A stretch of DNA of 63,629 nt, counting the filler, from Reclinomonas americana ATCC 50394 (taxonomy: Eukaryota), in NCBI GenBank assembly GCA_048213135.1. It is 7 parts of 5 records of this genome, joined end to end, with 100 filler letters (N's around TTAATTAATTAA, not from the genome) between each part and the next. Parts side by side here need not be neighbours in the genome. Positions count along the whole stretch, not along the records: positions 1 to 12,310 come from PS015511.1; 6 more parts are not named here. One strand, 5' to 3'. The notes under the pieces were generated by a model. That model worked only from the letters and a program-made list of their open reading frames with translations, was not told the DNA's origin and did not search any database. The position numbers and the translations under genes were made by a program. The stretch's first letter is position 1, and each line of letters starts with the position of its first letter. Shown here piece after piece: positions 1-11,338 of the stretch.

Positions 1-31
1 GCTGCTGCTGCTGAAGAGGGTAGAACCGCAA

Positions 32-477
32 TTAACGGCGAGAAGAGTTGTTGCGCTTGACGCGAGCATCGCGCTTGTCGCGGATGGTCTTGCTCTTGGT
101 CTTGCGGGCCTCCAGTTGGCGACGAATCTCCTTCTCGCGCTCCGCCTCGGCCTTGGCCTTGAAGATGTGCTCCATCAGGTTGCGCTTGTTCTTGAAGACG
201 TTACCCTTGACGCGCAGGTACAGCTCGTGGTACAACTTGTGGTTGAGCTTCTTGGCGTCGCGATACTTGCGGAGCAAGCGGCGCAGCACGCGCAGGCGGC
301 GCATCCACTGCACCTTGGCCGGCATGCGGGCCTCGGCCGTACCCCTGCGGGAACCGCGGCCACTGTGGCGACCCTTGCGCTTGGCCTCAGCGCGCAAGCG
401 AGTGCGGAAGCGCGTGTGCACGTGCACCGGCTTGCGGTAGACGAGGTTGTCCTTCACCAACTTGCGAATGGTGGCGC
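32..477 (-). CDS. RPL19: 60S ribosomal protein L19 (eL19), last exon; N-terminal exon(s) in or beyond the 480-688 gap
   Basis: Translation [26 protein letters not shown]...[19 protein letters not shown]...[16 protein letters not shown]...[19 protein letters not shown] matches eL19. AG acceptor at 479-478, TAA at 34-32. Confidence 0.97.
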
Positions 478-1901
478 CTNNNNNNNNNNNNNNNNNNNNN
501 NNNNNNNNNNNNNNNNNNNNNNNNNNNNNNNNNNNNNNNNNNNNNNNNNNNNNNNNNNNNNNNNNNNNNNNNNNNNNNNNNNNNNNNNNNNNNNNNNNNN
601 NNNNNNNNNNNNNNNNNNNNNNNNNNNNNNNNNNNNNNNNNNNNNNNNNNNNNNNNNNNNNNNNNNNNNNNNNNNNNNNNNNNNNNNNAGCAATAGCAAC
701 GCCATGGTCATCATCATCGTCGGCGGCAGAGGAGAGTGGGAGGCTTCGTGCCTCTGCTCTCTTCTTCTTCTTCTGTCCACTGTTTGGTGGGTTGGCGGTG
801 ATGGTGGTGGTGGTGGTGGTGTCGTTGTTGTTGTTGTTGTTGTTGTCGTGTCCATCGTTATGTGCGTACTCTCTGCTTTCCTCCATTTGTCATTCGCGCG
901 GCGTGTTGGGAAGTATACATGGAAAAACTCTGAGAAGCGACATAAGGGGAAGACAAGGGGAATGGGGACAGGGATAGGAGGGCGGTCGGAGAGTGGGATG
1001 AGTTGTGAGGAACAGAGAGTGAGACTCGACAATGCAAAGGAGACAGCGAAGTCATCGTAGACCAACAAACAAGCAACATCTGTCTTCGTATCCGAAGTGG
1101 TCAACTACGGATTGCCAGAGCAGCGAGAGCAACTGCGTTGTCCATTTTGTCGTGTTACAAGCACGGCAAATCTCTTTCGACTTCAACAACAAAGCAACAT
1201 TTCTCATCAGATACCAATACCGCTTGATATCTTTTGCACTCCTGTTTGTCAAAGCCTTGGCATCTCTTGCCAGTACAACCTCCTCTGGTTCAGGGATGTC
1301 TCGGTTCCTGGTGCTCACTCAAAATGATGATCATCGTGCAGTTGTACTGCAGCACTGCAGAGCGCACCCAGCTCGGATCCGGAGGGGAACTGCCAGCATC
1401 GATCGCGATCGCTCCCAATCGGCTCAGGTCGTTCCGCGGTGTCTCTGTTTCCCAGGTTCTCACTCAAGATGGTGATTTGCATGAAGTTGTGCCAGTGTTT
1501 GCATTCTTATTGTATTCCTTGTTGGTTTCTCTTGCCCAATGACCAGAACCAGGCTTTGCTGTTCCTGGCCCCCTTCCGAAGATTGTCTGTGCACCATTCG
1601 ATCGAAAGCGTCAACGCAAGCGCACCAGATCCACTGGTTTGCGAGACTGCGGTTGTTGTTCGCACGCATAAAGTGTCTGCTTCAGAACCGCCTCTCACCA
1701 TCACCCACTGCAACCATACCATCCCCCCGGCAGAGCGTCTTCCCTTCCACTGATCTCAATACATTCCCGTCCACCACACACACTGTTGAACGCCACCTCA
1801 CACTGCCCCTTCTCTTTGTTGTTGTTGTTGATGATAATGATGATGTACGGCACGAGTCCGCACACCCGCAGCCCGTCGACGCAGACCAAGCGACCGCCTT
1901 G

Positions 1902-2273
1902 TTAGTCGGTCGAGCCGAAGCGCACGTTGCGGAAGATCTGGAACACGGCTGTGTCGCAAGAGAGTGAATGAGAAGAGTGCGGGAAGGTGATGCAAGGCAA
2001 AAGAGATTGACTTGCCAGAGCCAACGACCACAAAAATGAAGAGGCCGAGCACGAGCGGGCCGACCGGGAACTGCTGCTCCTTCTTCTGCGCTCGCGGGAA
2101 AATGGGAAGAAATGGGGTAAGGAAACGGGGAGGGATGGGAGGGCGAGAGACAAAAGGCATTGAGACAGGACCGACATCATTTGCAAAAGAAACGAGACAT
2201 GGGATTGTGGGCAAAGGGACACGCAAGGCACGGGGGAATCGAGTCTCGCTCCGAAGACAACTAGACAGGAGTG

Positions 2274-2335
<62 letters not shown>

Positions 2336-2529
2336 GACGGAGGTCGGTCGTGTCGTACGGACGACGACGGACGTGACGGTACGAGACGAAGAACGGACCG
2401 ACGGACGGACGGACGNNNNNNNNNNNNNNNNNNNNGTACGTACGTCGTACGACGACGTACGTACGTACGTAGTCGTCGTCGTACCTACGACGGTACGTAC
2501 GTACGTCGTACGACGTACGTACGTAGACG

Positions 2530-2579
<50 letters not shown>

Positions 2580-4289
2580 GAGTGAGGCAGGAGAAGCGGA
2601 GCGGTTGACATGTCGCTGGCACACACGGACGCGCAAAGGAGGGCGAGACAAGCGAACCGAGACAAAGAGCACAGCAAGCACAAGGTTTGCGTGGAGACAA
2701 GCGAATGACTGACGAGACAGCACATGCGGGAGGGGCGAGAGACACAAACAGGATGCAAGCAAGCACAGCGACACGGCGACACAGCGAGAGAGAGCGAGAC
2801 GAACAGAGTCCACAGGGAACGCACGACGACAACCACTTTACTGGAACGGTGAGCTTCTGTCTCGTGAGTCAGAAAGTCAACTGCAGGTTCCATCTCAAAG
2901 TGCTCCCCAGAGGGACTGACGAAGACCAGACGTGCTGCAGTGGAATGAAGAAAACGGCACAACGAGCAAGAATGCGCGAGCGGATCGCGACACACGGCAC
3001 TGAATACGGAAAGAAATGCGCACCAGAAACAGAAACTAGCACAATGAGAAGCAGGCGACAAGAGAGAAAGATAGGCAACGTGCACACTGGAAACGAGCGC
3101 ATAACATAAACGAAGAGGAGAAACGACACAGACAGGAGCGCACAAGGAAGACGAACGATGCGCATAGATAGAGGCATCCACATGCAGAGAAGGGCGACAG
3201 TGCACACAGGAATGAAACGCAAACCACAAACGATATGAGGGAAGGCGACGGAAGACACGAGTTGCAACGCACCGCAGGAAAGCACGAAAACGACCAAAAA
3301 AGTGAACAAGGACGGCAAAACACACTGGGAAGACTCGCATTACGCAAATGAAGTAGAATGACACGCATGACACGCAATGACACAAGGGCAGGCGACGAAT
3401 GACATGAGTTGCAACGCACACCATGGGAAAGTACGGAAACGACCAAAAAAGTGAACAAGGACTGCAACGCACACTGGGAAGCCTTGCACAGAAGTAGAAT
3501 GACACGCAGACCACAAATGACACAACAGCAGGCGACGGAAGACACGAGTTGCACAACACGGGAAAGCAGGGAAACGACCAAGTAAAGCACAACTGGGAAG
3601 ACTTGCTCGACGCAAATCATACGACGGGAGACAAGAGTCGCAACGCACACCATGGGGAAAGATTAAAGACACAGGCACACGCAGGAATGACGCGCACAAC
3701 ACAAAAGATGCGAGGACAGGCGCAGAGAAAGCACGCACAACATGCTGAAGAAGCACACTTTCCCGCAAGAATATGCACATCTCTTTCTCTCGCCAGCACA
3801 AGACACCAACAAGGAAACAATGAGCAAACTGCACTCTTCTCCACCCTCTCTCTCACACACACCCTCCCTCCTTCTCCCCTGCCCTCTGCGAATGCATGCT
3901 TTCGCGCGCAACTGTCAGCGACTTGGGCACATTGCCGCGGCGCAGCACATTCTGTGCCGCCTGTGAGCTCTTGGCCGCCAGCAACTTGGGCTTGTTGCGC
4001 TGTACACGCAGTGTGAGAGATAGAGAAAAAGCCGGATCATTTTGACACACACTCACACACACACAAACCGACTTCATGGTGGGCGCGCGGTTCATCTTGC
4101 TGGTGGGCGTGCTGGGTGACTCGGCCTCGCCGTCCGAGCCTGAGCTTGCTGATCGCTTCACTTCAGAGTCCGACTGTGTGTGTGTGTGTGTGTGGAAATG
4201 TGAGCGCACATGGCACGCACAAACTCGCCCTCTTTCTCTCCCATTCTCTCTCTCTTGCTGCGTGCGCGACGGAGTAGGGAACTTGCCAT
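1902..4289 (-). CDS. SERP1: RAMP4/SERP1 (stress-associated ER protein) with a Ser-rich N-terminal extension; exons ~4289-4287, 4173-4069, 3999-3913, 2085-2016, 1948-1902
   Basis: Spliced product ...QNVLRRGNVPKSLT|KKEQQFPVGPLVLGLFIFVVVGS|AVFQIFRNVRFGSTD* follows the RAMP4 pattern (NI.QRGNV...[22 protein letters not shown]). All junctions are in phase; the first exon is uncertain. Confidence 0.88.
2960..3720. repeat. Degenerate tandem repeat (~140-147-bp units) inside the 1.8-kb RAMP4 intron
   Basis: GAGTTGCA-type anchors at ~3259, 3406, 3546, 3636; AACGACCAAAAAAGTGAACAAGGAC occurs twice. Confidence 0.8.
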
Positions 4290-4557
4290 TTCGTGTGTAT
4301 GGGAGTGAGTTGTGCAGCGGGGGGGAAAGGCACGCGCGCGCGGAAGGGAGACAAGTGATAAAGTGGCGGGAAATGTGAGGAAAATTCGCGCCGGAACCAA
4401 TTTGAAGTGGTCATGCATGCGAAAGCAGAAGGACGAGGCGAGGAACAGGCAGGTGAATAGCAAGCTTTAGGGCAATTCGATGTAGACGAGTTGAAAGTGC
4501 GGAGATTGACTTGTTCCAGTTTTTCCGCTCCTGAATTCGAATTCATGATCATCCGGA

Positions 4558-4930
4558 CCCTGGTAGGAGTGTGTTCGACTGACCCAGCGGTTCCAGGATC
4601 CAACCGCTGGAATTGCCGACCCAGTCCAATCCAGAATATATCCCATGTTCAGAAAAACATCGTTCCTGAGTGCGTACACTCGTTTCCTTGGCATCACTGT
4701 GCACTGCAGAGTGTCGCCACACAGTACCCAACGAGAAAACCACGATTGGCGACAAAAAAAAGTTGCTCCACTGTCTGCCCACTCGGTCTCCAAGTGCCTC
4801 TGGAACCGAACACGCGACCCAGCAGTTCCAGGGCACACGGATGGAGCCGGACATGTGGTTCCAGTGAGCCTTGGGTCACACGTTGGAACGGGACACCCCA
4901 GTCTGGAGTGCCTTGGAACAATCCTGGAGC
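4558..4930. repeat. Left subterminal region of the element: TGGAAC/GTTCCA motifs in both orientations plus a 9-bp hairpin
   Basis: Motifs at ~4590, 4608, 4801, 4825, 4858, 4884, 4914; stem CCAGCGGTT (4584-4592) / AACCGCTGG (4602-4610). Confidence 0.7.
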
Positions 4931-4971
4931 ACCGATGGTGTGCGAGGTCGATGTCGACGATGGAGTCTGGT

Positions 4972-5350
4972 GCACACACACATGCACGTCAACACACACA
5001 TGCACACACACACATGCACAAACCTCTGCACACGTGCACGTGCACACGTACATGCTTGCACAAATGCACACACACAAACACACGCACACACACATGCACA
5101 CAAACTTACGCACACTCACACACACACACGTGCACACACGCACCTCGCTCCACGAGATACTGCCGCCAAGTAAAGAACGCACGGTGGCGATGTGGCACAA
5201 ACAAGGCTTGCATCACTGCGTGGGTGAAGCCAACAAAACCAGCCATGTCGTGAGTTGCATACACACACTCACACACATGCGCGCGTGCAAGCTTAAGCAC
5301 GCACACACATAGATACACACAGCAACACGTGTGAACGCACCAACACACAC
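4972..5350. repeat. Degenerate (CA)n / CACACATGCA low-complexity tract
   Basis: Directly visible; produces spurious HT/CV ORFs. Confidence 0.9.
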
Positions 5351-5552
5351 GCAAATGCACCGTGTGTGTCAAGCACAGCTGCAGCGCTGTTGACATTGTT
5401 CCGATGTGCACGCATCATGCATCTGTGTGTGCGTGACGCAGCGGCATTGCAGTGTGTGGCAGAGTTGACACGGCTACTGTCGCATGCTGCGAAGGATACC
5501 AGCACTCGATGCGTCACCGCTCGGCTAGCTATTAACGAAGAGCTGTGATGGA

Positions 5553-7080
5553 TCAGTCGGCTGGCTGGATGAACTTGTCAAAGTTGATAACACTCGCTTG
5601 CAGCGGCTTGAGCGCATTCTGCAAGCTGTTGGCAGCTTCCCACTCGCTCCCTTGCTTGTCGTGGTGGTGGTGGTGGTGGTGGTGAGAACACTCCACATGA
5701 TCACACTCGCTGCGCGAGTGATCGCACCACTGCCGATTGCGATCGGAAAAATCGACGGCTCTCGTGTGTGACACCAAGCGGCGACCAGCGATCACTCACG
5801 CGCGCCACCACGCCACTCACTCTCTACCTTACCCCACTGGCGACTGTCAGCGGTGTTGCGCTGCAGCGGCATCGACTCGGCGACGCAGTTCGCAGTGCAC
5901 ACACACAGACAAACACACGCGGTGGGCCATCGTCACGCGCACGCAGGCGATCGTGCAACGCCGTGTCGTGGGATAGACGCGGGTTGCCTGGATGAGCGCC
6001 CCACTCAAAAGCGATCGAGCGTGCGTGGAACAGCACTTGCACCAGTGCCAGTGCGCCGCGGCGAGAGCGTTGCCACATCGCACACACTCATTTGCACACG
6101 AAACCACACGGTGAAGCGAGAGGAGAGTCACTGTGCCGCCGGTGCACGAACGCGCGCTGGTCGTGCCGCTGCGTGTCTTGCACAGTGCGATCGCTCGTCC
6201 GACGGCTGATCGACGGCGTGGATGGTGAACTGCGACGGCTATGGAGGCCGACGACGACTTCAGAGGGCAGCCCAGGCCTCTGGGAGGCCGGCCAACTCGA
6301 GCCGAGCGAAGCCAGACGAAGGAAAAGTGTGCATGGCACCTAACAGAAAGTTTCTCGGACCTTCCAACGAGCAGAAAACGAACGGAGCTGATTTTGAGGG
6401 CAAGCAGCTTGACAAGTGCATGGACTTCGAGTTGATTTTCCGAAAGATTTTTTGTTTGCGAAGTGTGCGTTTCTGCGTGGTCCGTTAAGCATTTTGAGCT
6501 GGCTAGCCGAGAGAGCACACCCTTGGCTACTGATGGCCGCTCACCGTGGCTCAAGAAAACATCTTGGTAGTGAGCTAGGGCTTCTAGGACGCAGCTGGAA
6601 GTTGCCCGAAGTCGGAGGACAGTCAAGTTTTGCGTGTTGCCGAGGCGCCACCGCCACGCCACAGTGCGCTGACTCTGCGCTCTGTGCGCCAGACGGTGTG
6701 CAAACATGTTCCGCAGTGCGGCACCGTGTTTTTTCGGGGCGTGCACGCAACAGTGCGTTTTGTTCCCAGTGGACACTGTTTCCTGATGTCTGCTGTGGCC
6801 CGCCTCTGTGTGCACTGCACTCCACCAACAGCCGGAGGTGTTGAGGTATGCATATGCACTGATGCTGACCGCAAGTCCCACCATCGCGCACGCAACCCAC
6901 GTGCTGGGCATCGCAAACGCACGATTTCGCAGTGTTTGCGCGACTGCACACGCATCTTTCGTGTTCTTGCGTTCCAACATGGTGCACCTTGTAGGCCAGA
7001 CCATGTCCTCCAAGGCTATGTAGCGCGCCTCAACGGTTTCGTGTTTTCCTCGACGAGTGCGCGTCTGCGAAGGGTCTGAT
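5553..7080 (-). pseudogene. Possible degenerate coding cargo inside the element (weak LRR-like fragments)
   Basis: Fragments NLTVLRL, NLSENQLEVHALVKLL, GALALVQVL and EAANSLQNALKPLQASVINFDKF*; no consistent spliced model could be built. Confidence 0.25.
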
Positions 7081-8483
7081 TTTCACGCTGATGAGCGTGT
7101 GCGTTCCACTGTGGTGCTCTGCAGTGTGTTTCGCTGGGAAACCATGGGTGGGTAGTCATCCTACTCGGTGGCGTTGAGTGTGCACACGCTGTGCCTCTTC
7201 GCCAGACTTTGCGTCTGAGTGGGAGTGGCGGTATCTCGTTCTGTTGTCTGATTGAACATGTGTTCTTGCGCTGTACGCTGTCTGTGTCAATGTTGCACGC
7301 CGCCGCAGTGAGGGTGTTCGACGCATTGTCGCGCTCGTCACACTGATCGTCGCGCGCTCACTGGCGACCACGAGCAGCACGCACAAGCGCTGTGTCAAGT
7401 CGTCCGTGTCACTCATGTTCGATTGTCGTATTCTGTCTCTTGGCAAGCGCCGCCACCTTGCCTGGCCTTGCACGCGGACTGCGTGTGTTGCACACAACTG
7501 GAGTGCACAGTCGACAAGCGCCAGCCACTGCAGCGCACACGCAGCAGGCACACACACACACGCAGAGTCTGTCTGTCTGCATGTCCGGATCAATACTCCG
7601 CACTGAGATGTCTGTCGTTGCTCCTCCACGCCGCTGCGGCCTTGACGCTGCGTGTGCCCACCATCAATGCCACTCACTCCAGTCAACTGCGCAGCATGCA
7701 GCATCGGCGGCCGCGGCGGAGGTGGTGGCATCTCCCGCACTCACGTTCCGTTTCGTCGGATATCTTCTCACACACATTTCTTCATCTGTCTGCGAGAGCG
7801 AAGGTTGCCCTCAGCTTCTCTCGGTTGCTATCAGTGGCGCCATGGCCTCCACTCTCATGTGCGCATGAGGGCTTCACTGCTTTTGTTGCCAGGCAGGCTC
7901 GGCATCACAGCCACCTCCGATGGTTGTCTCGCCGACAACTTTCTCCCAAGTGAGTGCCTCTTGCTCGTGCTCTCGTCTCTCTGCGTGCCCCACTCTGTGG
8001 TTTGCTGTCGTCTGTGTGCCATTGAGGCACATGCGTGCGTGCGTGCGTGTGTGTGCGTGTGTTCCTTGTTGTGCAACATGCGTGACATGCGCGGAACATG
8101 TTTCCTGTTCCTCGCCACTCCCTTTCTCACTCTCCTCTCCGCCACAATAGCTCCAGCTTCGTCTGTGTTGACTGCGCTCTCCTCTGCTGCCATCAACGTG
8201 GTACAAGGAGCGCGAGAGTGAAAGGTGAGTTTGCGCGCGCTTTGGCGTTTTGTGTGGTGGGGTTTGCTTTACTGTTTGTGCGGGAAAAGACTTAGTCATT
8301 TTTTCCGACCTCCTTCTCACTCACTGACTCAGGCAGGCGCCACTACCAACTCGGGCTCGCCCATGCAACTGGTGGTGCACACCGCTGACACGGCAACAGC
8401 GACCGGTGCAGCAGCGGCGACGAAGGTGGCGTGAACACCGTCCACCACGACGCAAACGTGAAGGTGCGATAGCCTCGCGTGCA

Positions 8484-8544
<61 letters not shown>

Positions 8545-9021
8545 CTCTCATTGTGTCTCTCTGTCTCTCTGCGCCTCTCTCTCTCTCTCCCTCTCTCTCC
8601 CTCCCTCCCGCTGCCGGCATTCTCCGCTCGAGCTCGACTGCTGTGCTGCTCGAACACGAAGCGCGCGAGACGAGATCGAGACGAGACGAGCGGCCTCCTC
8701 TGCCTCTCCTTGTCCCGAGTCGCCGATCGACTTCGCTATCGGTGGACGCCGCACCAGTGTTGCTTGTGCCCGCATTGCACGGCGACGTTGCTGCACGGAG
8801 GGACCGTTCAGGCACCGGTGGTGGAGGCGGATTCGCGCCTGTCAGCGCCACCAGCTGAGTGCCGCAGGCGCCGAGGCTTGCGAGGTGGGGCTGGGAGTGC
8901 GTGTTGCAGAAGAATGAGCACTTAATGCATGTATCCACAACTGTGTGCGTAAGCTGATTGGGAGGGTGGGGTGCACGGGGCGGGGTGGGCGGGTGCACGT
9001 GGTGGGCGGTGGGAGCGAGAG

Positions 9022-9426
9022 TGGAACGGAGGTGGAGCAGAGCCTGGAATGAGGGTGGAATCGAGTCTGGAACGAGGGTGGAATGGGGCAGGAACCGGGG
9101 GTGGAACGTACGATGGGTGGAACCTGGATTCACCCTGGAACGACCCTGGAACACTGAGTGGAAACGGCTGGAATTACGTTGGATGCACCTTCCTTTTCTC
9201 GCTTGGCTCACGATGGTGCAAACGTTGGAACAGGTGGAACTGCCCCTGGAACGACTGGATTGCAGTTGGAGCCAATCCAGGGGAATTCCAGGATCGACCG
9301 GTTCCAAGCTTTTTCCAACTTCTTAACAACGGCATTGAATTCCACCCGACTTCTGGAGATTTCGTGGAAATTCCATGGATTTCCCAGACTTTTACCTTGG
9401 AGCAACTGGTGCTCATCCTACCAGGG
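9022..9426. repeat. Right subterminal array: TGGAA(C/T) cores with ~11-12-bp spacing
   Basis: Cores at 9022, 9033, 9045, 9056, 9068, 9079, 9090, 9102, 9118, 9125, 9136, 9147, 9159, 9169, 9180, 9226, 9235, 9247, 9256, 9267; TTCCA orientation appears near the TIR. Confidence 0.85.
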
Positions 9427-9652
9427 GGATCCGCAATTAATATTGCCACACACAAACACAACACACACAAGAAGCTACCGCTCAAGGCTGGTGTTTGCGT
9501 TCATGTATTGCTGGTCTTTGCTGCTGGACATCGCCGGCCAGTCTCATTTTCCCTCGCGTCCTGTCACGACACTCTTCGTTTTTTATCTTGCATCGAAGAA
9601 AATGACCTCACGCACTCGCCACCACCACCACCCAGCCCACCTCACCCCCATC

Positions 9653-10857
9653 ATGAGAATCGACGCTTCTCTCAACAGGGTCGGATGCTGCGTGACGTAC
9701 GCCACACCGAGTGTGTCGCCGGACGGTCGCTTCGTGCTGCTGCCGGCCTTCCTCTCCAGCTCCTTCATGTGGCAGGGTGACGCCATTGACTATGCGTACT
9801 ACGGCAGCCCGTTTGCAGAGGACAACAACAATCAGGGCCTGTTGCTGGTCTTTGATGCACACAGCGGCGCGCTGCTGCACTGTGTGGAGGAATTCGACAC
9901 CGAGGCCACTCTCTCCACGTTCTCCGCGTGCGGTGGCTTCTTTGCAGCGGCCTCCTTCGGCGGCAAGGTGATGGTGCGACGCACAGCTGCACTGGAGGAC
10001 CACAAGTGCGACACCATATGGCGGCGACCGCGCATGCGAAATGCACTTGTCCACCACGATGTGCTGGCCGCGGCCACTGCCGGTGCTTTTGATAGTGCAG
10101 GGCGCTGCAATCCGATTCGGAGCCTGGCACTGGCTTCCTCTCCCGCAGGCGTGGTGGTGGTGGCGGCGGCGACCGACTCGGCTGGTGTGCTCGTCTGCAG
10201 CGTGGCGCCTGCGGGCGAGCGCACACCTGCACCGGCGCATCTCCTCTTCTCCATTCCCGCGGATCCGGAGGGTCGCAGACTGGAAAAGGTGGCGTTCGCG
10301 CGCGATGACGAGCAGCTGGTGGTGTTTCGCGTGCGTCGCTACTCGGAGAGCGAGCGCCATGCCTTCTCCGCCGGCACCCTACACTGGCACCAGGTCGACG
10401 ATATTCTCGACATTCTCGTGTGGGACGTGCAGCGTGGCGAGCAGCTCTACCGCGTCCAACCGTCGGTGCCGGAGGTGTGTGGAGTGGTGGACGACGGCCA
10501 TGTGGCCGTGTCGCCTTGTGCGTCGTTTGCCATTTGCCACACCGACACGTCGGTGCACGCCGTGCACATGCCGAGCGGCAGGGCGCAAGTGCTGCTTGAC
10601 AACGAGACGTGCGTGTACAGCGTCTGTCTATCGCCCTCCGGCTCGCACCTGCTCGTCTGCGTGCGCAAGAGGCTCCGCGGCCGGAAGCAGGTGGATGAGG
10701 ACGGGGAGGAGTATTGGGAGGAGGAGGAGGAGATCGATGTGCTGGCCGTGTACGAGTTGGCGGTGGAGCGCGACGAGGATGGGGGACAGGTGGTGGATGT
10801 GCAGGTGGCGCCGCACACCGAGGTCACGTTTCCGGGCTCCGAGAGCATCGCTCCCCG
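9653..10857 (+). CDS. Intronless beta-propeller/WD40-like protein, paralog A (3' end in gap)
   Basis: Open frame with propeller-like blades SVSPDGRFVL, TFSACGGFFAAAS, VAFARDDEQLVV, LVWDVQRGEQL, CLSPSGSHLLV. An alternative in-frame ATG lies at 9602. Confidence 0.75.
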
Positions 10858-11338
10858 NNNNNNNNNNNNNNNNNNNNNNNNNNNNNNNNNNNNNNNNNNN
10901 NNNNNNNNNNNNNNNNNNNNNNNNNNNNNNNNNNNNNNNNNNNNNNNNNNNNNNNNNNNNNNNNNNNNNNNNNNNNNNNNNNNNNNNNNNNNNNNNNNNN
11001 NNNNNNNNNNNNNNNNNNNNNNNNNNNNNNNNNNNNNNNNNNNNNNNNNNNNNNNNNNNNNNNNNNNNNNNNNNNNNNNNNNNNNNNNNNNNNNNNNNNN
11101 NNNNNNNNNNNNNNNNNNNNNNNNNNNNNNNNNNNNNNNNNNNNNNNNNNNNNNNNNNNNNNNNNNNNNNNNNNNNNNNNNNNNNNNNNNNNNNNNNNNN
11201 NNNNNNNNNNNNNNNNNNNNNNNNNNNNNNNNNNNNNNNNNNNNNNNNNNNNNNNNNNNNNNNNNNNNNNNNNNNNNNNNNNNNNNNNNNNNNNNNNNNN
11301 NNNNNNNNNNNNNNNNNNNNNNNNNNNNNNNNNNNNNN

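Larger units (their letters stand above)
4558..9426. mobile_element. Putative non-autonomous or degenerate DNA transposon, CMC (EnSpm/CACTA-like) type, 4869 bp
   Basis: Perfect 11-bp TIR: CCCTGGTAGGA (4558-4568) and TCCTACCAGGG (9416-9426). Flanking 3-bp direct repeat GGA (4555-4557, 9427-9429). TGGAA/TTCCA motif arrays just inside both ends. No recognisable transposase. Confidence 0.72.

Noticed and set aside
2335..2535. TACG/GTAC/GACG-rich runs beside microsatellites (also ~15230-15298, 19620-19755, 20003-20110, 54114-54200)
   Set aside because: They follow long dinucleotide repeats at contig ends and cycle T-A-C-G, the 454 flow order; sequencing noise.
2261..3834. Long hydrophobic Cys/Val/Phe-rich ORFs (also 50734-51695, 23044-23600, 24336-25165)
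   Set aside because: By-products of T-rich or purine-rich intronic repeats; open in several frames and lying inside reconstructed introns.
7890..8465. In-frame TGA in a putative spliced ORF, suggesting stop-codon reassignment
   Set aside because: It lies in decayed transposon cargo; intact genes end in TGA, TAA and TAG and use TGG for Trp.
9158..9600. N-terminal extension of the 795-aa ORF into the TGGAA array
   Set aside because: It crosses the element's right TIR and is not shared with paralog C; the shared starts are at 9602/9653.
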